Shown one piece after another: positions 39,463-52,700 of a DNA stretch of 64,000 nt (position 1 is its first letter; each line of letters starts with the position of its first letter). The notes beneath the pieces are model-generated. The model did not search any database, was not told the origin of the DNA, and was given only the letters and a program-made list of their open reading frames with translations. This stretch comes from Rhizophagus irregularis (lineage: Eukaryota), in assembly GCF_026210795.1 (NCBI RefSeq), contig NC_089432.1, forward strand, positions 1,736,001 through 1,800,000, written 5' to 3'. A program made the translations under genes and the position numbers.

Positions 39463-40193
39463 TTATAATCAGTATATAAATTTGTTATACTTACACCTGC
39501 AAATTTTCCATATAACTTAGACTTTTCAGTATACTTTTTTTATTGTCCGAAACATAAGCATAGTACACACTTCAACTCCAAATTAGGGAATATTAAATTC
39601 TAGGATCTTGTGTAAATATCGAAATTTCATTTTTTGTTATGTATATTACGCGACTCACGCGTGTTTAATTTATTTAAGCTTTCAAGTACACTCAAGAACT
39701 GAACTTATTTTTTCGGTAATGTATACGTACGATAAAAACTTTATACTAAAACCATTGCTAAACTATATATCAGAAATAAATTTAGCTTAAATAAAAATTT
39801 TAATAAATTTATTTTAATATACAATAATAAAAGCTTTAATAATATGGGAATATTACACAATATCATATAATCTTTAATTATATGGTTTATAGGGAGTAAA
39901 TCATATTAACTATGTACTATAAGCACAATTATACATATTAGTCATCATTAAATCAATTAATATTACTAGTTTGGGTTAAATAACTTATAAATTAATTGTG
40001 ACTCATAGATAATATAGATAATCTTGATTTTTTTTATCTATTTTATATGTATCTATGGTTTTAAAAAGTATATAAATACCCTTAAATTTCCTCAAGAAAA
40101 AAATCAAAAACCAAATTTAATAATATTATTTTTCAAACGTCAAACCAAAATTTTTCCAAATTTCAATTCAAACTTTTAACTTGTAATTACAAA

Positions 40194-40655
40194 ATGTCTT
40201 ATTATTTGTGTCCAAATATTGTCAATACTATTTTAAATGAATTTCCTATAAACAAATGTTACAATCCTTCTCAACCTATCATTGAAACATCTCAGCATTA
40301 TTTACCATTACTTACCGGATTTTTTTACATTCTTTTTATAATTCTCCTCATATATACCAACATTCTCAATAATACAATTGTCCTAATTTTTCGCTTATTG
40401 AAATTCATGTGTACTATAATCATTTCTTTCAACCATCTCCCTTCTCTTTCTTTATATCTCTTTAATATATTTTATTCTTTTAAACATTCCATATTATTAT
40501 CAATTTTTTTCCATATTTTGTTTACATTATCATTTATTCTTCTTCATTTTCTTTATTTACTTAATTGTGTAATTCAGATTCTCATCTTTTCTTATTCTCT
40601 ATTTTATAAAATAACCTATTTAGTGAATATTATTATCCTTTCTATCCCCCAATAG
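40194..40655 (+). CDS. Hypothetical hydrophobic (multi-TM-like) protein, 153 aa
   Basis: The ORF is preserved in both copies of the unit (153 and 154 aa) despite indels in the 3' half. The ATG is in aaaATG context with tatataaa ~120 bp upstream. Confidence 0.5.
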   Translation: MSYYLCPNIVNTILNEFPINKCYNPSQPIIETSQHYLPLLTGFFYILFIILLIYTNILNNTIVLIFRLLKFMCTIIISFNHLPSLSLYLFNIFYSFKHSILLSIFFHILFTLSFILLHFLYLLNCVIQILIFSYSLFYKITYLVNIIILSIPQ

Positions 40656-40754
40656 CTTAATTAAATTATTATCTTATATTACGTAGCTTGGCCCATTGCT
40701 TACCAAATATAGCATGGAGACGTAATCTTTCCCCTTTGGTCAACTTGGGATTAC

Positions 40755-41003
40755 TTGACCATTCTTAGATAGATAATTTTTATAAGGGGATCGTTTGCAT
40801 CGCCCATGAAGCATTGCACTGTGCTGATTGGTGTCAGAGAGATCCTTTGTCTTGTAAAAATTTACCCTTTCTTGATCATTTGACCATTCATAGATAGATA
40901 AATTTTATAAGGGGATCGTTTGCATCGCCCATGAAGCATTGCACTGCGCTGATTGGTGTCAGAGAGATCCTTTGTCTTGTAAAATTTATCTTTCTTGATC
41001 ATT
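40755..41003 (+). repeat. Two tandem ~125-bp units, each containing a GC-richer hairpin
   Basis: Units start at 40755 and 40880. The core is ggggatcgtttgcatcgcccatgaagcattgcactg(t/c)gctgattggtgtcagagagatcc. Confidence 0.9.
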
Positions 41004-41989
41004 TGATCTATCTCATGTGATTTCCTTCTTCACATGTGATACCCTTTATTTCATTCCTTTGTTGAGTTCTTTCCTTAATAACTTATCAACTCAACAAAAT
41101 CCATCACCGTTGGTTCCACAATTTCTGTGTCCAAGTTCAATTCTTGGAGGTGATTTTCTTATTAATATTAGTTTATCTTTTTTCCTTCTTCTTTTATAGG
41201 GAGTTCCAGACAAATTATAAGTTCGTGAGCGTCATTATACGAATTTCTGCAAAAAATATTTTGAAGTTATTGCAGAAGGAAAAATCTTATTACAAATATT
41301 AAATCATTATTACCAAAAATCATATTTATATTTATTGAATTTTAGCTTAAAACAAGTATTATTAAGTTATGATTTGGGAGTCACAGCTTTTGTTCTATGA
41401 AAGATGTGTCTACACACATGCTAAATCGTCTTTCTTGTTTTTTACATGTTTTAGAGTTACGATTGGGTAAAAACCAAAAGTTAAAAAGCATCTTTCGATA
41501 CATGTGTCTGTTTCCTGGTTTCAAAATCGAATGAGAATCTCGAGTGTGAATGACTCAGTGTAGGAAATACCTAATCTATGGGAAATATATTTTTACGACA
41601 GTCTCCAATAATTTTGGTGTATTCATTACGATTGGTAAGCTCAAAAAAGTAACTTCTCGATCGTCTAATATCATAAATTTTGTTATAACCTGATCGCTTG
41701 GGGTTTGTCACGTAAAGCTTTTTCAGGGATACCTGGAAAGAGTTTTTAGGATAGTGGAAGTATTGAAGATGACATGTCATATAATTAAAGTAAAAATTTT
41801 TGTAATTTTTTATTTATTTATTTTTTTTAAAAAAAATTATTGAAAAGTCAAGTGCAAAGTTTGTCTATTATTGCTTAATAAGTATTATTTTTTCAAGTCG
41901 TTCATACTCTCTAATTATTTCTGGCTCAGTTATAATATCTAAGTTACAAAAATTTTGACAAATGTAAATAGTTTAGATATAGCTATGTA

Positions 41990-43278
41990 CAGTCACGTCT
42001 GAAAGTGACGCCCGATTTAAAATTAATGCCAAAAATGGCAAAACTTTATTGATTTTCATTAAAATTCACATAAAAAATAATTACTAAAAATGGTTAATAA
42101 TGTGTTGGCCCTCCCCTTGCTTCTAGTACTGCATTTATTCTTTGTGGCATTGAAGCAACAACCTCTTCAAAAATGGAGCAATCCAAATTTTCCCATTCTT
42201 CACTTAGTGCAACTTTAAGTTCATCCACAGTTCTTGGAAATACTTTACAACTCTGGATATTGTCCTTTAACTGCTTCCAGATGTTTTCTATTGGATTTAG
42301 ATTGGGAGAATTTGCCGGCCAATCAATAACCACAATTTTATTCTTCTTCAACCAATCCTTGGTTATTTTCGCGGTATGTATGGGTGCATTATCCTGTTGA
42401 AAAATTGCAGCCCTTCCTGTTAACTCATGAACTGTATGCTGAAATGGATACAGATATGAATTTAGGATTCTAATGTAAGTATTTGAATTGATTTTTTCAT
42501 TTCCTTCTTTATTTTCATCACAAAAAATTAATGGCCCTTTTATCCCTCCTGCAAAACATCCCCAAACCATGACTGATTTTTGACCACTTTTAAAGATAGG
42601 TGTCAAGCATTCAGTGTTAAACCTTTCCCCTGTGTGTCTCCAAACTCTTATTTGTCGTGACTGCTTGCCAATCTCAACACTTGATTCATCTGAGAAAATA
42701 ACTTGTGCCCAATCATAAGCTGTTTTTTCTTTATATTTCTCACACCAACTAATACGAGCTAATGCATGCTTTTCTGAGATAAAGGGTTTTTTTGCAGCAA
42801 CATGGGAATAAATTCCAACACTATGTAATGCTCTTTTAGCAGTTGTAAGGCTGCAATTTAAATCTAATGTATTAATGACTTCATGTAAAGGTTCGCGTCG
42901 ATCTTGTGTAACTTTGTTTATGAGTGCATTTTTCTCATTATTATTGAGAGCAGGTGGACGCCCCGATCTAGGTAAATTTTCAGTTTTCCCTGTCTTCTTG
43001 TATCTGTCAATAATTCTTCTTATTGTGGTGGGGTCATGACCCATTTTTCTTGCTATTTGTGCAGGGTTAAAATTCTCCATATATGCTAGTATTTTTCCTT
43101 TATCTTGAGAAGTTAACTCAGTTCTATGTGACATTATTTTTTTAACTTTGCAACGTGTTTATTAGGTTATGAAATTGTGAGAAAAACATTTAAAAATAAA
43201 AAAAAGGGGGTATAAATAATGTAAATTTTGTGTATCGTAACACCGTACAAAATCGGGCGTCACTTTCAGACCCGACTG
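41990..43278 (-). mobile_element. Full-length Tc1-like (DD34E) DNA transposon
   Basis: ~30-bp TIRs cagtcacgtctgaaagtgacgcccgattt / aaatcgggcgtcactttcagacccgactg (2 mismatches), TA on both sides, enclosing a transposase ORF. Confidence 0.95.
42094..43134 (-). CDS. Tc1 family transposase (346 aa)
   Basis: HTH region with RSGRP, then IFSDES, VMVWGCF, FQQDNAPIH and WPANSPNLNPIENIW. There are 34 residues between the second D and the E. Confidence 0.95.
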   Translation of the reverse strand: MSHRTELTSQDKGKILAYMENFNPAQIARKMGHDPTTIRRIIDRYKKTGKTENLPRSGRPPALNNNEKNALINKVTQDRREPLHEVINTLDLNCSLTTAKRALHSVGIYSHVAAKKPFISEKHALARISWCEKYKEKTAYDWAQVIFSDESSVEIGKQSRQIRVWRHTGERFNTECLTPIFKSGQKSVMVWGCFAGGIKGPLIFCDENKEGNEKINSNTYIRILNSYLYPFQHTVHELTGRAAIFQQDNAPIHTAKITKDWLKKNKIVVIDWPANSPNLNPIENIWKQLKDNIQSCKVFPRTVDELKVALSEEWENLDCSIFEEVVASMPQRINAVLEARGGPTHY

Positions 43279-44406
43279 TACATTACATCGGTACACTTAA
43301 ATTTAGCATAATTATGTACCTATTGCACATACTATTTTGATTATTAATATTAGCGTTATCATTTTTTGGCTAGATTTATCAAAACAATGTGTATAATCAA
43401 GATCATAAAATTGATACATTCAAATAAAAAAAATTGAAAAAAAATAACAAACGCAAAAGAATAAGAAAATAAAGCTATTTTTTTATATAGTAAATCATTA
43501 TTTTTTTTTACAATATAAAACGATAATAAAATATGACTTTTTGAATACTAATTATGCGTTTTCTTGTCCTCCTATTAATTAATGTTTTTGTTGCGTTAGT
43601 GAAATGAGTCTGATTAAACCCATATACGATATTTTAAATAATCACTTATTTGTCTAATAAAACCACCATTTTACAAATAGTTAGTGTAATTTTTTCTATA
43701 TATTATATACTTTATTTATAATATTAACATAAAATATACTATTTAATTAATTAATTAAAATAGATAAAATAAAAGTAAAATATTAAATATGAGTAGCTAT
43801 ATCGGTCACAGGACCGATATAGCCCCACATCCAATAAATATGTTATCGTTCTGACGGTTTTGATCATGCATGAATTAATAACATCATAAATAAGCTTTTT
43901 TATTTAAACTTTTCCTACAAACGCCATTTTTTTTACTCCACTTTATTATATCAATCATGTGTTATTGCTATGGCTAATAAAAATGATCCCATTGGGCTGA
44001 ACGATAATAATAATTATAACGCCTTTTTAATAATCATATTCTCTTTTAAGCTTCGTTGAAGAATTTTGATTAAAAAAAAAAATCATTATGAATAAAATTA
44101 CTTTGGAATGTTATCCTAGTCAAAAATTTCGTGAATTTTTTTTTCTATTTCGTGTATCTTTTAATTTATTCAGGAGGAATTTTATATTTTAATCATTCCC
44201 TGTGATGCAAAAATACGCTGATCTTTTTCAGCCGCGGTCCTGCATGCTGAAGATCAGCAAACTTTCGACATAGAAAGTCTAGTGATCCCATTTTTTTACT
44301 TATAAATGGTTAAACAAAAATATTTTTTCATTTATTTTCAATTTTTATTCTCCAATTTTTGAAGTGTAAATTGTAAAATTAACTTCCGCGGTAAGGATTT
44401 TTAGCA

Positions 44407-45340
44407 ATGTCTTGAACTTATTAACGATTTAAATTATTGGAATAAGTGGATTGAAGATTCCACTTATTAAATATTATGAATTTGAACAATTTTGTTATAT
44501 TCAAGTAATTGGTTCCGGTGGCTTTGGAAAACAGATTGGAAGGACTCTCGCAAATGCTGTGCACTTGAATCCTTTTTTTAATTTCAATGACGCTACGGTT
44601 AAAAAATTGTGAGGTAATTTTAATATCGAACATATTTCAATTTATTGTATATATGTACATTTTTGACATTAATAAAAATTTACTTACTGCTAGATTCAAT
44701 TTCAACGTGAAGTAGATTTTCATGACAATATTATCCGTTTTTATGGTGTCAAAAGTTTTAATAATAATAATTTTTTTTTTTATAATAAACGGTGATTAAT
44801 TAACTGGTTTATGATTTTTTATTTTTTCTCTTTTTTAAAGATGACCAAAGAAAAGAGTATATGTTAGTAATGGAATATGCCGACAATGGAACTTTCCGAA
44901 AATATTTGAAGGAAAATTTTGAAAATCTCACTTGGAATGACAAATTTAATCTTGCATTCCAGTATCATGTTTACATATTAAATAAAGGGATCATGCATCG
45001 TGATTTGGTAAATATTTTATAATTTATTGTGATTTAATTTAATGATTATTTTATTCTTAACGTTAAATTTATTATTGATAGCACTCCAATAACGCTAAAG
45101 CTAGCAGATTTTGGTTTATCAAGAAGAATTGAGGAAACATCTAACTCTCAATCAAAAACATTTGGAGTAATTTCTTATACTGATCCAAGAAGCTTTAATA
45201 GAAATACATCAACATTATACTTATTAAATAAAAAAAGTGATGTTTATATCATTGGAGTATTATTATGGGAAATATACGGCGGTCAACCTCCTTTTCATGG
45301 TATACCATATGATGTTGATTTGGCTACAAAGAAATTTCAA
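44407..45340 (+). pseudogene. Tyrosine-kinase-like protein kinase pseudogene
   Basis: Fragments IGSGGFGK, QREVDFHDNIIRFYG, LVMEYADNGT, HRDL, KLADFGLSRRI and KKSDVYIIGVLLWEI, with introns, stops and deletions. Confidence 0.85.
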
Positions 45341-45842
45341 AAATTGATATGTTAACATCATCTCATAATAATGCATTGCAAGAAATAGGCTGGAATAAAA
45401 ATATTAAGCCCATTTCAAGTAACGAGGTCAAAATATATATAACAAATGGTAAGGATAATTCCGATAGAGCGTATAAAATAATAATTTTTTTTAAAGAATT
45501 ATCACCGATAAATGATCATTTTTCTAATTTTTGAAAAAACTCAGACACGTGATCATGTTTCTGAAAAATTTTTTATAGGGAACGTATAGTGTTCTACATG
45601 ATCGTAATACAAATAACATAGATAATAATCTATGACCAAGAATGAAGAGACTTGGATCATATTTGGGAATGTGATTCGAACGAATTTTCCGAACTATGGA
45701 TATTAATTGAAATGAAGAATCATCAGAAAACACGGTTATGTCCAATAACTCATTATCAGATTATCATTATGATAACGCAAGAAGATTCAAGAGTTTTAAT
45801 AAATTCTAAAAATAAAAGATTATGAAATAACAAAAGAGGGTT

Positions 45843-45916
45843 AAATAATAGAAAATTCGACACATTAATAATAGAAAATTCGACACATTAATAATAGAAA
45901 ATTCGACACATTAATA
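45843..45916. repeat. Short tandem repeat taataatagaaaattcgacacat, 3 copies
   Basis: Directly visible. Confidence 0.9.
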
Positions 45917-47694
45917 AAGAACAAAGATCGTATAGTCGTTGAAATGATTTGGACGCATTATTATGACAATATTAATATTAAGAAATAGGTTTGGAATAAA
46001 AGATGTGAGGAAGTAATAAAAATAGAAATAATATATATATATATATAAGAGAAAACATAGAAAGTACCGGGAAGAAACGGAGGAAATATCAAATATTATT
46101 AGCAAAGAAAAATGAAAAAACCACAAAAAAATGAAAAAACGGAAATAATACGAAAAATATAGTCAAAAATAGAATTGTTAGTAACGACATTTTAATCAAT
46201 AGACCGGTTAAAAATGTATGGATCTTAGTCCGTTAGAATAGTGAAGATTATAATAGTAGTTTTTTTATTTTATAACCATAGCAATCTATTTTTATTGCAT
46301 TAGCAGATAGTTTTAAACCTACTTGTTTTAACCCGAAATACTTCTATAATTTATGTATCTAATATATTTAATAAAAAAAAATCAGCGAATCTAAAAAATA
46401 TTAGATTTCCTCTTTCTCGGATCTTCAGTTTTTAAGGAAGGTCTATAAAAAAAAATATGCGGAATTTATATAATGTATATTTGTTATTTTATAACCCGAA
46501 AAAATTTATTATTTAAAGAGATGATAAAAAATCTCTCCTGTCGATCACTCAATCAAAAAATATCGGAACGAGATAAATAACGGAAGAGTTATATGAAGTT
46601 GCTGTTTTTGTTTTTGTAGGAATATTCGTTTGTTGAAGAATCCAACTTGTCTGTCTTTTATACCTGAGAAATTACGGTCAAGATGTAGAGACTCGAGTTT
46701 ATTCGACAAAAAGACAAACAAAAAAAAAGCCGATTTTCTACGGAACTTACTTTATAGTCAGTGTCAGTTTTGAAAAGCTCTTTACGGTGGGTTGGTCTTC
46801 GAAGTCCTTAATTATGGTTCTCATTATCGTCCATAAAATTTCCTCGTCGACCTCTGACGAAGGCCCGGAGCAGTTCTGCGCAAAGTTTCACAAACGCAAG
46901 TTCTAACATGGAAATTTAGAAGGGTTGGGGATTCAATCGGGATAAATAAATATTTTTCTGCGTCGGTCATGATACGACGATCTCGGAAAAAATTTAACCG
47001 CACAATGGATTTACATGAAGTTAATGAATGGCTGGTTCATAGTTGAATTTTCCTAAAAAAGTTCAAGGATATCCTGATATCCAAGATCGCAGCTAATCAC
47101 GCCAGTGGTAGAAGAAAGAAAGTAGAGCTTAATAGTGTAGTTAATGCTTATAGTTAATCGTTTTGAGCAACGGTATTTGTTAGTGTAAGTAGTGGTACAG
47201 AATTTTAACACGAATTTTTGGTGTACGGCGTTCTGTACATAGACGTAAATTGTAGTCGAGGTTTCTTTTTGGTAACGCAAATATTTAGTTAACGTAAAAT
47301 TTCTAGTTTGTGAGTTATATACATTTGTATCCTAGAAATAAAATTATTTGGCGCAGCGAAAAAATCAACTGATAAGATCGGCAGAAACGGTACGTCGGTA
47401 CGCTATAACAGATAAATAATGCGCACTATAAATATTATACGAAGACCGCTACAGCAAAAGGTGGCAGTTTAAATTACGTAATCAATTTTGTAGTCATACA
47501 AAAATTGACTTTTTAACCATTTTTTTGCAAACAATTTAATAAGAAAATTGGCTTTCTTTTAATATATCCATTTATGGGAATTTTTCCATATAGATCTCTA
47601 ATTCGCCTTGCCTTTGCCTTTACTTTTTCTTCATCATTATTTAAATCACCACGAATTTGAAACACAATACCTTCTACTAAACCCTTACTCAATG

Positions 47695-47878
47695 GTTCAC
47701 CATATATTTGTTTCATCAAGATTCTGAATTAATGAAAAAATGGATGAGAAAATCTCAAGAGCTTAGAGAAACGAAATTATATTCATGGTTTAATGAGAGT
47801 ACTGATAAAGAAATAATAACTTATGATAATGAAGATATCAAATCTTGGTATGAAGCACTCATCTCAAGTAATAAATAA
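47695..47878 (+). pseudogene. Isolated 3' end of the last exon of a TRP-type channel paralog
   Basis: Near-colinear with 29000-29165 (SPYICFHQD.ELMKKWM.KSQE.RETKLYSWFNES.DKEIITYDNEDIKSWYEAL). Confidence 0.85.
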
Positions 47879-48169
47879 CTAAGTTCTTTTTATTTCTAAA
47901 ACAAACAGAACTTTCTATAATTTATAATCAATATAATGAATTTGAATGTTAATTCAAATTTTTCAACATGAATCATAGCAGGTTTTTTTGAATAAAAAAT
48001 ATTTTTTTTTTCAATTTTTTTTATTTATTTATATTATTAAGAGAAATTTTTTTACATATATGAATGATAAAAGCGTGGGTATAGTTTATTTGGTTCTCAA
48101 TTATGAAAAAAATTTTTTTATCTTTTATAATTAAAAATATCATTCTACAGTATAAAACATTAGGATTAT

Positions 48170-48550
48170 TAAAATTAATTGCATATTATATTCCTAATCA
48201 TTAATAGTTATTTCTAAATTAACATTTACGCAATATGTAGTTTTAATCATAATAAAATTGGAAATGGCTAATAATATTTCATTTGCATTTCATAAAGTTC
48301 CGCTTACAGATGAACATAATAAAGCCTCAGCATTCCAATTTTTGAAAAAAGATTTTAACCCATTAATGGTAAAAATCCATTTATAAACTTTGCATAATTT
48401 ATCACAATTAAGAATATTTTCATTATATAATGAGAGATTTATCATTCTTAATTGATTACAGTTTAACAAATTTCTTTAATATCACCCAAATTTTCAAATT
48501 CAACCTCTATAATTAATCTCTCAAGATTTGGGCAATATTTAACAACACTA
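48170..48550 (-). pseudogene. F-box/LRR gene C-terminal remnant
   Basis: The minus strand reads VVKYCPNLERLIIEV...DIKEI..NCNQL...CDKLCKVL...GLKSFFKNW, matching the C-terminal motif order of the two intact F-box/LRR genes. It is frameshifted. Confidence 0.7.
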
Positions 48551-49253
48551 TTAATTAATTTTTTTGATATAAACAGAATCTGGCCCTTGAGATATATTAA
48601 TTTCTAAAATTTTACCATTAGATTTTTCAATTAACATATCGATATACACAGTGAAATTTGATAAACCGGATCCTCGATAAACCAGATTTGGGCCTAAACT
48701 GGACTTTTTTTGCTGGAACCAAATACTAACCAAATCTCATATATTAAAATAGTTTTGATATATCAGAGTTTACTAGTAAAAGCTCGATATTCGCTATAAC
48801 GGATCAATTTTCTAACCAGCTATAGTAAAAAATTAGATAAATAGTATCACGTGATCATTAACCAATAAAATTTAAGTAACGAATCTTAATTTTGGCCAGA
48901 ATTATAAAAATCTTAATTCTGGCTGAAGTTATGTATTACTTATATATTCAATTAAAAATATATTCATTTTCAAATTTCAAATAAAATGAGATTAAGCAAA
49001 AAATGACTGAAGAGAACACAACATATTTACAGATAAATATTCCATTCATAATTAGAAATTTATCCTAAATAATTTTATTTCACAGTTATCAGTATAGATT
49101 GGAAACTATGTAAATACAATAATTTTGGAAAATACTAGTGCAAAATTAAACCTGTAAAAAAGCCGCCCAAAAATGACATTTAGAATAACCAAGTGTTGCT
49201 ATCAGTCTTATGACCAGATTTTGATACTATAAATTTTCACTCTACATGCTATA

Positions 49254-49733
49254 CATGTTGTCGCAACTTTCCAAAATTATGGCCGAATCCGAAAGTCCAA
49301 AACTTAGGTCCGAAACCTCAGCCGAAATTCGAAAATCAAGCTGAAATCCGAAATTTTAGTCGGAGTACGAAAATCTTGACGAAATCTTTATTACGTGGTC
49401 CGAAATATTATTTTTTTTTAATTGGGACTCTTAAGAGTCCGAAAGTTTTTGTAATTCCGGCCAACATTGTAGTGCCGGCCAGAATTATGCCCGCGTGACT
49501 TCGGATAAAAGTTTAGCCACCAGGTAAGAATGTTACACAAGGAAAATTTCGCTTCGATGGAATTTTGTGTTACATAAATGTTACACAAACTTGTAATGCG
49601 GGCCGAAATTCAATAATGCTGGCCAGAAAATTTCGGCTCAGTTTTCGACTTTCGACCAGAGTTTCGTTTCGGAATGATTGGCCGAAGGTCGAATCCTGAA
49701 ATTATGCCGAAATTGCCGAGTTTCGGCAACATG
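49254..49733. mobile_element. ~480-bp MITE
   Basis: TIR catgttgtcgcaact / agtttcggcaacatg flanked by TA(TA). Many ccgaaa motifs in the left half and tttcgg/tttcga in the right half. Confidence 0.75.
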
Positions 49734-52700
49734 TATACTATATGCTTTGATAAGCATTATGGCATTTTGATTATACAACCAAAAAAATTCTGACCCCAGA
49801 ATACTTAATAAAAATAAAAATTGGGTGAAAAATTTTATGGAGTTTGAAGATTTACATATTTACATAATCTGTTGAGTATAAGTGGAGCATCACAAATAAA
49901 ATGGGTTAACCCTTAAATCGAAGTATATATGTATATATATATATATAACCGTTCAACAGTAAGTGATCTAGTAGTATCTATTGATAGTCTTCAATTTTTT
50001 CTATTGGTATAATCTGTTTTACTACGTAATATGATAATTGTAAATAATAATTTTTATTGGTATATATGGATATTTTATAAAAATTTATTTGAACTATTTG
50101 AATGATTAATCATTTTGAAAATTGAAGAGGCGGCGAAATAAAATTGACATTATTAAGTAAAAGAAAATGTAAATTGGTTTCATAAAAAAATTCTTTTATA
50201 ATACTGCTCAATTACACACCGATTTGTTTGCGTAAAAAAATTTCATATACTTTACTATAAGACCATATCAATCAAATAATTCTTTAATAAATTAACAATC
50301 AAATTTTAGGAGCTTGAGTGGAATATAATCATAATAATACACTAATATGATATGTATACGGATTACAGATGTTAAATATTCATCCTATATCATTTAATGA
50401 AAATATAGTCAGTAATTCCTCCTTTATATTGTATTTGATTGATAAATTACAAAATTATGATAATTTACAATACTTTTAGAATAACTATTTTATTTTTAAT
50501 TTAAATTTAATTAGTAATGGCACAATCTAAACAATCAGATATCTTATTTTCATCATAATGCGGAAGATTTTTTGTGAAAGGATTAAGTAATCGAGACGTA
50601 TAAATAGCCTGTGAATGAGTGGATGATTGGTTATTTTCAATAGATATTTCTAGTTCCTTGAATTGTTCACCCTTTCCCGCAATAAAATTATCACGAAATG
50701 ATAAGATCAATTTATCTATTTCAATAGCATTTGGTCTATTTTGCGGTTTTGAATCCCAACATTTATTCATCAAATCAATATAACATTTTGGTGCTTCTTG
50801 TTCATTTATTTCAGGCCTAATTCCATTACATATATCTAATGCTAAAACATTATCATGAGCATGATCAACAAAAGGTTGTTTTCTAGCTGCTACAAAATAC
50901 ATAATCATAGCAAAACTATATATATCTGCCGAATGAGTAGAAGGTTTTCCTCTTAATACTTCAGGGGCTACATAAGGCATAACTCCATAAATATTTGTTT
51001 TTGTTTCATCCATATTACCAACTTCTCCACATAATCCCATATCCGAAATAAATGATATGTCATTACCAAAATTACTGGTCATTAGTAATATATTTCCTGT
51101 ATGAAAATCACGATGTACTAATCCTTTTCGATGAATTTCTTTAAGTCCTTTAATAATATTTTGTAATATATTGAGTCTACGTAACCAAGAAAAATTTTTA
51201 TAATTTTTATTTACCCAATTATTAAGGTTACCATTTTCTGCATATTCGAGAACCATGATGTAATCATTTGTATCTGGAACTTGAGATATTCCATATGTTT
51301 TAAGTATACATAAACTAAAATTATCTGTTGAATATTTTTCAATCTAAATTGAACATAAAAAAAAGATTAATTTATAAAAAAAAAATCCAAATAAAAATTA
51401 TAAAGAAATATTAATTTATCATACCTCATTAAAAAAATTATCAGTTATATTTTGTGAATTATTCAAACACTTTAAGGCAACTTTTTTGCATGTGTCTCTT
51501 ATATATTCCATTTTACTAAAATCATAATATAATGGACCATCTTCCCATATTGCAGAATATATTACAGAAAAACCACCTTTATCTATTTCTTTAAGATTGA
51601 TAAACTTATCATATGGTATCCATTCAAATACTAAAGTACCTGGATTATGAATTTTTAATTGCATTTTCTGAATTAAATCATCAATTTTTTTATTTCCACT
51701 TAAATTTGTAAATTTTTTAATATGACAAAATTTACACCATTCATATGTTAAATAATATTTACCACATACACAACGTTTATTTTGAAACACTATAATGTAA
51801 TTTTTCATATTAGGATCTTGAGATATTCCATATATATTAAGAACATCAATTTTAAATTTATCAAATTTGTTTGTTATCCTACTAAAAATAAACAAATCTC
51901 ATTATTGTATAACATGTATTAAATTTATTATAGAGAAATTTCATACCTTATTGAGAAATTCATACTGTGAATTGTCCAAAAATTTTAAGACGACTGTTTT
52001 ATTTGAAATTCTTTTATATTCCCTTTTATCAACTTCATAATTCAATGGACCATCCTTCCATGTTGCTAAATATACTGTAGACAAATCATCTTTACCTATT
52101 TCTTTAATCTTTTCAAATTGATGATATGGTATCCATTCAATTATTATATCATTGTAATTACTGATTCCTAATTGCTTTTTTTGAATAAAGTTATCAACTT
52201 CTTCATTTCCACTAATATGATTAGTAAAATTTTCCCTTAAATCATTTATTTGGCACGTTTTACACCATTTAAATTGTATATTCTCAATTATATTATTACA
52301 TAATGTACAGCATTCTTCATACATTATACCTATATAGAATCAAAATATAGTTTGCTGTATTTGGATTTTGGGATATTCCATATAATTTATGGTCATTAGA
52401 GTATTCTATTAAATATGTTTTAACCTATCAAAACGTAAATCAGATTATTATTGAATACAAGAATATACTAAACTAGGCTAATAAAAAGGGCCCATACCTT
52501 ATATAGAAATTCGTCAGTTAATTGTATATTTTGGAAGACTATTAAAGCAAATTCATATTTCTTTGTATTCTCATTACTATATGTTAATTGACCATCTTTC
52601 CATTTTGTCGAATATACTGTCGCAAAACCAAGTTTTCCTATTTCTTTAATATCACCAAACTGGTTGTATGGTATCCATTCAAATATCACATCAGTTGGAT

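Larger units (their letters stand above)
36800..41220 (+). repeat. Copy A of a ~2-kb dispersed duplicated unit. It is interrupted by the retroelement and has a local partial duplication at 36940-37220
   Basis: 36800-37254 and 39478-41220 match the reverse complement of 58320-60280 at high identity by eye. Confidence 0.9.

Noticed and set aside
40790..40845. SECIS element (AUGA...GA quartet)
   Set aside because: Helix II is only 3-5 bp with no apical AA motif. The upstream ORF has no in-frame TGA and ends in TAG/TAA.
46440..47690. GC-elevated stretch, possibly a retroelement or gene fragment (similarly 57250-58000)
   Set aside because: No termini, TSD or protein motif could be supported by eye.
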